A DNA stretch of 64,000 bases from the NCBI GenBank assembly GCA_964645535.1, contig CAZYCQ010000001.1, positions 60,245 through 124,244 on the forward strand, read 5' to 3'. The notes beneath the pieces were generated by a model. That model did no database searches and was not told the origin of the DNA. It saw nothing but the letters and a program-made list of their open reading frames with translations. This document shows, in pieces, positions 57,718 to 64,000 of the stretch. The position numbers were made by a program, and so were the translations under genes. Source of the DNA: an uncultured archaeon. GTDB lineage: Archaea > Asgardarchaeota > Heimdallarchaeia > Heimdallarchaeales > Kariarchaeaceae. The first letter of the stretch is position 1, and each line of letters begins with the position of its first letter.

Positions 57718-59664
57718 ATGAGCAACCTTGAAACTAAATGGCAGGATTTCTTTCCGTATGATCCAAGACCTGCACAACTGAAGATTTTGAATCCATTGGA
57801 AAAGCTGATTGCAGAAGGAAAACATTGTATCATTGAGGCAGCAAATGGAACAGGGAAGACCATTGCCGCACTTTCAGCAGCCCTTCCTGCAGCCAAACGG
57901 CATGACAAGGTTATCGTCTATTTGGCAAGAACTCATTCCCAGATGGACAGGGTCATTGAAGAATTGGGTAAGATCAACGAAATCAAATCAGTAAAGGTTT
58001 CTGGATTGACAATGCGAGGAAGAAATTCCATGTGCCTAAATGACCTAGTCCTCAAATTTGCAACCAATCCTAGGTCTGCAGGAGAAATGTGCACGCAATT
58101 GAAGTCGCTAAAAAAATGCCAGTATTTCAAGAACATGGCTGATGAAACAACAATGGCACCTGTCTTCAATGAACTCCAGAGAAAGCCTGCAACCGCGGAA
58201 ATCATATTTGAATTGGCGGAAGCAGCAGCAATCTGCCCTGCTGAAACCGCAAGAAAATTGCTCTCAAGTGTTGATGTAATAGCTGGCAGTTACCTATACA
58301 TGTTTGATCCAAGAATCAATACAATGTTCCTTGACCAGACAGGTGTTGAACTTGATGATCTCATCCTTGTAGTGGATGAATGCCATAATCTTCCAGATAC
58401 AGCCATTGATATAGGATCTGATGAACTCACCACTTTTTCTTTCAGCCGTGCAATAAGAGAGGCAAGGGATGAAGGGCAAACAAACATTATCCCCTTCTTT
58501 GATGCATGCCAAGAGTTTTTTGCAGAACTATCAGTACGCAATAAGATTGGACAAGAGGTGCCAATTGATGCATCTGAGATTCTTGAAAAGTTGGAACTCA
58601 TGTGTGACCTTGAATTGGATGATGAATTTTTTGATGATTTGATCACCCTTGGAATCAAAATTCGAACCAAATTACTTCGAAAAGGCAAGGAACCAAGATC
58701 GAGTATTGGAAGAATTGGAGAGTTTTTTTATTTATGGTATGAGTCTATTGGAAGGAATGAATTTACCCATTCAGTGGAAGTAAAAACCATTGAGGGAAAT
58801 CAAAGAAATCGTTATGCCATTTTGCGACTTTCAAGTCTCGATCCGAGGAGAGTTTTGATGCCGATTCTATCGGAAGTATATGCTTCAGTCCATCTGACAG
58901 GCACCTTGGGGGATCCAGAAGCCTATGCAAAACTGACAGGTCTTGAAAACCTTCCCCACGAAAAAATTATTCTTCCGTCCCCTTATGAAAGAAAGAATAT
59001 TGCGGCATATTTTACAGGAAAATTAAGTACCCTCTATAGCCATAGAAGCCCTGAAACCTACAGAAAAATTGCAGATCTGGTCATGGTTGTAGCGGATGAG
59101 ACACCGAAAAACATTGGAGTATTTGCACCAAGTTACCAAATAGTTGAAGAGCTTTTCAGGAACGGATTGGATCAATATCGAACTAAACCGATTTTCAGAG
59201 TCCCTTCTGAAGCAACATCTGAAGAAAATGACAGAATTGTAAAAAGGTTCAAGAAAGAAGCATCCAAAGAAGGAGGGATCTTGATTTCCGTATTGGGAGG
59301 CAGATCATCCGAAGGAACTGATTTTCCGGGTCACTTGATGAATTCCGTAGTTGTCATAGGAATACCCTATGCCCCTCCAAATCCTCGGATCCAAGCAAAA
59401 ATCAATTTTCTCGAAGAGAATTTCCCAGGTCTTGGAAGAACTTTGGGATATGAAATCCCTGCAGTCAACAAAGCAAGTCAGGCAGCAGGTAGAGCCGTCC
59501 GATCATTGGATGACAGAGCATTCATTTTATTCGTTGACTTCAGGTATGGATCCTACAAGGTCAAGAAACTATTGCCAAATTGGTTGCGGACAGGTTTGAA
59601 GAAGATTGATCCTAAACCAGAAAATATTGAGCGAGCAATCAGAAATTTTTTTGAAGAAAAATAA
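57718..59664 (+). CDS. xpd: XPD/Rad3-family 5'-3' DNA helicase (Fe-S helicase).
   Basis: Walker A ANGTGKT; DECH box VVDECHNL; four Cys of the Fe-S domain (NSMCLND, GEMCTQL, LKKCQYF, AAICPAE). Confidence 0.85.
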   Translation: MSNLETKWQDFFPYDPRPAQLKILNPLEKLIAEGKHCIIEAANGTGKTIAALSAALPAAKRHDKVIVYLARTHSQMDRVIEELGKINEIKSVKVSGLTMRGRNSMCLNDLVLKFATNPRSAGEMCTQLKSLKKCQYFKNMADETTMAPVFNELQRKPATAEIIFELAEAAAICPAETARKLLSSVDVIAGSYLYMFDPRINTMFLDQTGVELDDLILVVDECHNLPDTAIDIGSDELTTFSFSRAIREARDEGQTNIIPFFDACQEFFAELSVRNKIGQEVPIDASEILEKLELMCDLELDDEFFDDLITLGIKIRTKLLRKGKEPRSSIGRIGEFFYLWYESIGRNEFTHSVEVKTIEGNQRNRYAILRLSSLDPRRVLMPILSEVYASVHLTGTLGDPEAYAKLTGLENLPHEKIILPSPYERKNIAAYFTGKLSTLYSHRSPETYRKIADLVMVVADETPKNIGVFAPSYQIVEELFRNGLDQYRTKPIFRVPSEATSEENDRIVKRFKKEASKEGGILISVLGGRSSEGTDFPGHLMNSVVVIGIPYAPPNPRIQAKINFLEENFPGLGRTLGYEIPAVNKASQAAGRAVRSLDDRAFILFVDFRYGSYKVKKLLPNWLRTGLKKIDPKPENIERAIRNFFEEK

Positions 59665-59682
59665 TTTCAAGAAATTTTTTTA

Positions 59683-60294
59683 TTGGTTGGTACAAGTAAT
59701 ATTTTGGTGACCACACAATCCCGCAGAGAAGACATCCTGCGATTGATTAACAAATTCTTTCAAGATTTTGATCTCTTGTTCAATTCAATAGACAAATTGA
59801 ATGATCCTGATAAAATCATTGAAATGATTCAAGAAGCAAAAGACGACAAGATTGCTGTTCAGCTAGTTTTTCGGTTAGCCTATTTGGACGAAAAGAAAAT
59901 TGCCAAATTACTAAGGGAAAGTAAGGACGAGATCATTAAACAGTTTGGAATTTTCATCCTGAAAGATGAAGAAACCTTAGGTGAAATCGCGAGAAATGAA
60001 AAATCGATATGGACGGCATTAAGTGCAGTAGCTAAAATTACAGATCAGAGCATTCTTTTTGAGCTTGCATCCAATCCAACTTTGTTTTCATCTGTTAGAT
60101 GGGAAGCACTTAGGAGAATCAATGATGAGGAGTTATTGATTAAACTGGCAGAAATAGACGTTGATGAGCATTGGGTAAAGGCAGTAATATCTAAAATTGA
60201 GAGTGAAGAAAATCTCCTTATCCTTAGATTGACCTTGAAGGACAAGTTTCAACCTTATATTTCCAATCGTCTGCAATCACTCTCTGCTATTTAA
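59683..60294 (+). CDS. Hypothetical alpha-helical protein (HEAT-like?).
   Basis: 203-aa ORF rich in Leu/Glu/Lys. No motif was recognised. Confidence 0.4.
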   Translation: MVGTSNILVTTQSRREDILRLINKFFQDFDLLFNSIDKLNDPDKIIEMIQEAKDDKIAVQLVFRLAYLDEKKIAKLLRESKDEIIKQFGIFILKDEETLGEIARNEKSIWTALSAVAKITDQSILFELASNPTLFSSVRWEALRRINDEELLIKLAEIDVDEHWVKAVISKIESEENLLILRLTLKDKFQPYISNRLQSLSAI

Positions 60295-61804
60295 TGCTTG
60301 GAATGTTTTCCCCTTTTGTAAATTGAGATGATTTCAGAAGGGAATCGAGGATTCGTTCAATTGAGGCGTAATTTACTTTTATCTTATCTGGATTACGAGG
60401 ACCAGCCCAAATTAAATTGTATTTTTTCAGGGTTTTGAGCATCTTTCTGATGGATTTCCTGTTAACTCCGATCTCTTTAGAAATAAGGGAGATGTTCCAA
60501 TCAATGTCATCATATGAAAGTAGGTATTCCAAGAAAGTAATGGCATGCTTTGATCTTAGTTCCAATTCAGCGCCCTTCAGGTTTTCGTCAAAGTCAGAAA
60601 TAAATTCTGAGGCGATGTAAACATTGTATCTTCCAATTTTACGTTTTTCAATCCATCCATAATCTTCTAGAATTTCCAAGTGCCACAGGAGGTTCCCCAT
60701 TCCGACATCAACTGCCTTTTTGATCTCACGTAGATGAGCACCTGACGAACCCATGAATTCCAAATACTCCAGAATGGCACGCCTAACGGGGTTCATCAAC
60801 AATTGACCCTCAGTCAATTGACGGTTTTCAGGTTGATAGATGGAGGCGATAACAAATACTGTTAATACCCAGATTCTTTCGATAAGCCATTTGAAAAATG
60901 AAATTATTTGCCTGAAAAATAACCCGATCAGTCCTAAAACAATGAGAAGTGAAATGAGTGGGGAAGGGACATTTAATTGGGGCAACTCACTGGGAAGTGG
61001 ATTCACATTAGAATCGCTAATGCTCGAATTAGTCGTTGTATGAACTGGATTAGTGATTAAACTCGTTCCCAAAATACTCTGGAACTGATTCAAACGAAGA
61101 GTAAGCAATTCCTTTATCTTCGCTTTAAGAAGGTCAGATAAACCAGCCAAAAAAAATCCTTGCCGGTGGGCAGTATTCTGTTCATCTCCACTTTGATAAT
61201 CAAATGCAAAGGTAAGAGAATAGTAAGTTGAAGAATTTCTTTCTAGAATGATGGGTTCATTCCCGGTTATTTCGGTTTGAAGAGAGGAATCATTCGTGGA
61301 AAGAATTGTACCTAAGATGGATGCATCCAAGGTTGGTTCAATCAAAGCCATTTCTCCCTTATATGAAACCTGGGTTCCATTAAAGTCAATTTGCCAACCT
61401 GTTTCTTCATCTCCAACCTCTTTAAGGTAATTTTCAACACCCAAAAAGCGTCTGAGATCACCTGAAAACTGGTCAGTTTCAGATGTTATGGTTATGAGGG
61501 CTTTGAACGAGGTACTTGTAATATAATTGTCCAAAGAATCTCGGATCGCTCCATCAATTTCACCATTGCTATCTGCAATGATGATTAATTCATAATTAGC
61601 AAAAGAACCAGGAGTTTCATTCTCGGTTTCCAATAGATCAATATTGACATTCAGATCTTGAAAAAAGCTTGAAAATACATTTCCTTCTTCAGGCTCGGAA
61701 TAAATCACCAGAATGTCAATCGAGGATTGTTGAGCCGTTATTGGAATTAGAAACAACCAATTCAAGGCCAGAACCATCATTAATATTGTACCGAGGTATC
61801 TCAA
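60287..61804 (-). CDS. Membrane-anchored putative transcription regulator: signal peptide, extracytoplasmic domain, TM, then two winged-helix domains.
   Basis: Signal peptide MRYLGTILMMVLALNWLFLIPITA. TM PLISLLIVLGLIGLFF. wHTH PVRRAILEYLEFMGSSGAHLREIKKAVDVGMGNLLWHLEILEDYGWI. Second HTH SKEIGVNRKSIRKMLKTLKKYNLI. Confidence 0.55.
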   Translation of the reverse strand: MRYLGTILMMVLALNWLFLIPITAQQSSIDILVIYSEPEEGNVFSSFFQDLNVNIDLLETENETPGSFANYELIIIADSNGEIDGAIRDSLDNYITSTSFKALITITSETDQFSGDLRRFLGVENYLKEVGDEETGWQIDFNGTQVSYKGEMALIEPTLDASILGTILSTNDSSLQTEITGNEPIILERNSSTYYSLTFAFDYQSGDEQNTAHRQGFFLAGLSDLLKAKIKELLTLRLNQFQSILGTSLITNPVHTTTNSSISDSNVNPLPSELPQLNVPSPLISLLIVLGLIGLFFRQIISFFKWLIERIWVLTVFVIASIYQPENRQLTEGQLLMNPVRRAILEYLEFMGSSGAHLREIKKAVDVGMGNLLWHLEILEDYGWIEKRKIGRYNVYIASEFISDFDENLKGAELELRSKHAITFLEYLLSYDDIDWNISLISKEIGVNRKSIRKMLKTLKKYNLIWAGPRNPDKIKVNYASIERILDSLLKSSQFTKGENIPSIK

Positions 61805-62044
61805 TCGCTTTCAAAATTTAATATCTTTGCAATTTAATAAAAAGATTGGAACAGAGTTGCCCATCTTCAGAATGGATAGTTGATCTGAAGGGAGGAAAGA
61901 GGTAAATGCAGAATTAATGGCAAATGCCTTTTACGTAGGAATTTCAGGAAAAACAGCCATTTTTCACACAAATCGGTAAAAAACAAATCCATTTTCTCAC
62001 TACAGAGACAAAGGTATTTATTTATCTGAGTTACATCCACTTTA

Positions 62045-64000
62045 ATGATCGCCAGATCACTAACACGGAGTAGTGCAAAACAAAGATTGGCGGTAGTCAT
62101 TTTCCTTTTTGGGATCCTTGTTTTTTCAGGGTTCCTGCCGGCAACCGCGCATACAGAAAGGAACAACAGATCATTTTCTGAAACAGTATCTTCTGTTGAT
62201 CCTAATAACAGGCAAACAGTGGAACAGACCACATATTCAGCCAATTCAGGAAGAAATCTACCATTCCTTGAACAAGATCGAAGGTACGATCTTCTTCGGA
62301 AAGAACTCAAGAATAAAGGATTGGAACTCAATTCAAAGGTAGTTTCTCCTTTTCTTTTGAATTTGCAAGGCAAAGATTTCCAAGCCAATCCTGATGGAAC
62401 CTTGGATCTCATAATTTCAACAACAGGAGAAAAACCGATGACCGATATGCATTCTTTGGCGAATATGTTTGGCTTTGAAATGCTGAGAACAATTCCCCAG
62501 TTGGATGCATACGTCTTTCGAGGAAGAATTGCAGATTTCAATGCATTTCTGCTCAAAAACAGTAGATCTCTTGATGTAAAGTATGTTGCTCCTCGAACCA
62601 CTTACCAAATCGAAGGGTTCCAATCCAGCAATTCAATTCAATTGGATGGAACACCGAATGATCCTAGATGGAATGATCAATACGGACCACAAATCATTCG
62701 AGCCGATAAGGCATGGAGCCAGATCAGTAGTCCCCCTACAGACCCAGTCATCATAGGTGTAATCGATACGGGAATTGATTACAATCATCCGGATTTAGAT
62801 GGAGTCTATCTTCCCGGAGGATATGATTGGGTCAACGATGATACCGACCCTATGGATGACAATAACCACGGAACACATGTTGCTGGAATCATTGCGGCAG
62901 AAATCAACAATAGTCTTGGTATTGCTGGAGTTGCCGGATTTGGTTCAAGTTACGTCAAGGTAATGGCTGAAAAGGTGTTCACTTCATATGGTGGAGGAAG
63001 TGATGACGTAATCGCACAAGGCATTGTGCATGCAGTTGACTTTGGTATTGACATTATGAGCAATTCGTGGGGAGGTGGCCCTTCTGATTTAATTGAAGAA
63101 GCCATGGAATATGCTAGAGACAATGGAGTGATTATTATTGCCGCCGCAGGAAACGGTTTTGGACCCGATGCAGACCTGCATTATCCTGCATCTCTTCCAT
63201 ATGTCATTTCCGTATCCTCTACGGATAGAAATGATCAATTGTCTTTCTTCAGTTCCTATGGCTATACTGTAGATGTAGCAGCACCAGGTTCAGATATCCT
63301 CTCATCCATAATAGGAGGAGATTATGCTGAATTCTCAGGCACAAGCATGGCGACACCTCATGTATCTGCCACTGCTGCATTGATGCTTCTGAAACAACCA
63401 GACCTTTCTCCCTTTGAAGTGCGGACTTTATTGCACGACACAAGTGTTGATCTTGGAACACAGGGATTTGACATTAAGTTCGGATATGGAAGGATTGATG
63501 CATTCAATGCTACAGTCGCAGCAGAAAGGCCAGATATTGATTTGAGAGCAACAATTTATGTACCCCAGCATCCAATAGTCACCAATTCCATCATTGACAT
63601 TACAATTGGTCTGTTCAATTTTGGAACTACAAACCAAGATCTGGACTATACAATCAAGAGAGATGGAAAGGTGATAGACAGCGGCACCTATACGAATTTC
63701 TCTGCCGCAAGTGAAATCATGCTTCAAGAACAATTGTTTGTTGTAGACCCAAAGGATGTAACCCTTGAGGTATTTATTACGCCAGTGACTGGTGAAACAA
63801 ATCTTGAGAACAACAACGCCACCCAAGTCTTGAAATTTGGACAACAGACCTATCAAATGATAGCTGAAGAATTCAGTTGGGATGATGCAAGAAATGGTGG
63901 GTATGATGCAGGGTTGCAAGGGGATGATACGGCAGTTGAAGTACCCTTACCGTTTTCCTTCGAATTCTATGAAGGATTTAACTTCGAGACGGTATTTGTC
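62045..64000 (+). CDS. Subtilisin/thermitase-like S8 protease with an N-terminal signal and propeptide, 3' end truncated by the window edge. It is not in the supplied ORF track.
   Basis: Translated manually from ATG 62045 with no stop to 64000. The signal is MIARSLTRSSAKQRLAVVIFLFGILVFSGF. Triad motifs GVIDTGID, HGTHVAGIIAA and GTSMATPHVSATAAL are all in the same frame, with frame checked at 62756, 62867 and 63338. Confidence 0.85.
   Translation, partial: MIARSLTRSSAKQRLAVVIFLFGILVFSGFLPATAHTERNNRSFSETVSSVDPNNRQTVEQTTYSANSGRNLPFLEQDRRYDLLRKELKNKGLELNSKVVSPFLLNLQGKDFQANPDGTLDLIISTTGEKPMTDMHSLANMFGFEMLRTIPQLDAYVFRGRIADFNAFLLKNSRSLDVKYVAPRTTYQIEGFQSSNSIQLDGTPNDPRWNDQYGPQIIRADKAWSQISSPPTDPVIIGVIDTGIDYNHPDLDGVYLPGGYDWVNDDTDPMDDNNHGTHVAGIIAAEINNSLGIAGVAGFGSSYVKVMAEKVFTSYGGGSDDVIAQGIVHAVDFGIDIMSNSWGGGPSDLIEEAMEYARDNGVIIIAAAGNGFGPDADLHYPASLPYVISVSSTDRNDQLSFFSSYGYTVDVAAPGSDILSSIIGGDYAEFSGTSMATPHVSATAALMLLKQPDLSPFEVRTLLHDTSVDLGTQGFDIKFGYGRIDAFNATVAAERPDIDLRATIYVPQHPIVTNSIIDITIGLFNFGTTNQDLDYTIKRDGKVIDSGTYTNFSAASEIMLQEQLFVVDPKDVTLEVFITPVTGETNLENNNATQVLKFGQQTYQMIAEEFSWDDARNGGYDAGLQGDDTAVEVPLPFSFEFYEGFNFETVFV

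Noticed and set aside
61867-62601. 244-aa minus-strand ORF from the track.
   Set aside because: The opposite strand carries an unlisted subtilisin CDS (62045..>64000) with signal peptide and in-frame Asp/His/Ser catalytic motifs. The minus-strand ORF has no recognisable features, so it is an antisense artefact. The same applies to 62109..62342, 62417..62623, 63249..63461 and 63428..63919.

Overview
This window reads as a chromosomal segment of an AT-rich archaeon (roughly 38-40% GC, estimated by eye), gene-dense on both strands. Archaeal core genes are clear: transcription factor TFB, an Lrp/AsnC regulator, tRNA(Ile2) agmatidine synthetase TiaS, Bud32 kinase, RNase P protein subunits Rpp30 and Pop5, ribosomal protein L15e, archaeal-type Phe-tRNA ligase alpha and beta subunits, and an XPD/Rad3 helicase. 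There is one tRNA (anticodon TCG, Arg) that appears to carry a non-canonical intron in its T-arm. Metabolic and transport genes include aconitase, LipB octanoyltransferase, an M20 amidohydrolase, a PiT phosphate transporter with its PhoU-like partner, an MFS transporter, SDR and Gfo/Idh/MocA oxidoreductases, two class I SAM methyltransferases and a MoxR-DUF58 cluster. Interleaved with these are several eukaryote-like signature proteins: a tail-anchored syntaxin-like Qa-SNARE (22312..23040, minus) with an unknown 349-aa protein directly downstream, a Rab-like small GTPase (51969..52568, minus), an LRR-like protein, and HEAT-repeat proteins including a 1107-aa multi-TM/HEAT giant. Together with bPH-domain membrane proteins these point, by inference only, to an Asgard (Heimdall-like) archaeon. 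Three subtilisin-related features are present: an S8 protease at 954..4478, a second S8 protease at 62045..>64000 that runs off the window and is missing from the ORF track, and a glycosylation-sequon-rich surface protein at <3..905. Three secreted proteins carry C-terminal TM plus basic-tail sorting signals, and a possible GT22-like glycosyltransferase lies beside the first protease. No CRISPR array, rRNA or clear mobile element was seen. All calls rest on motif recognition by eye; none has been confirmed by a database search.
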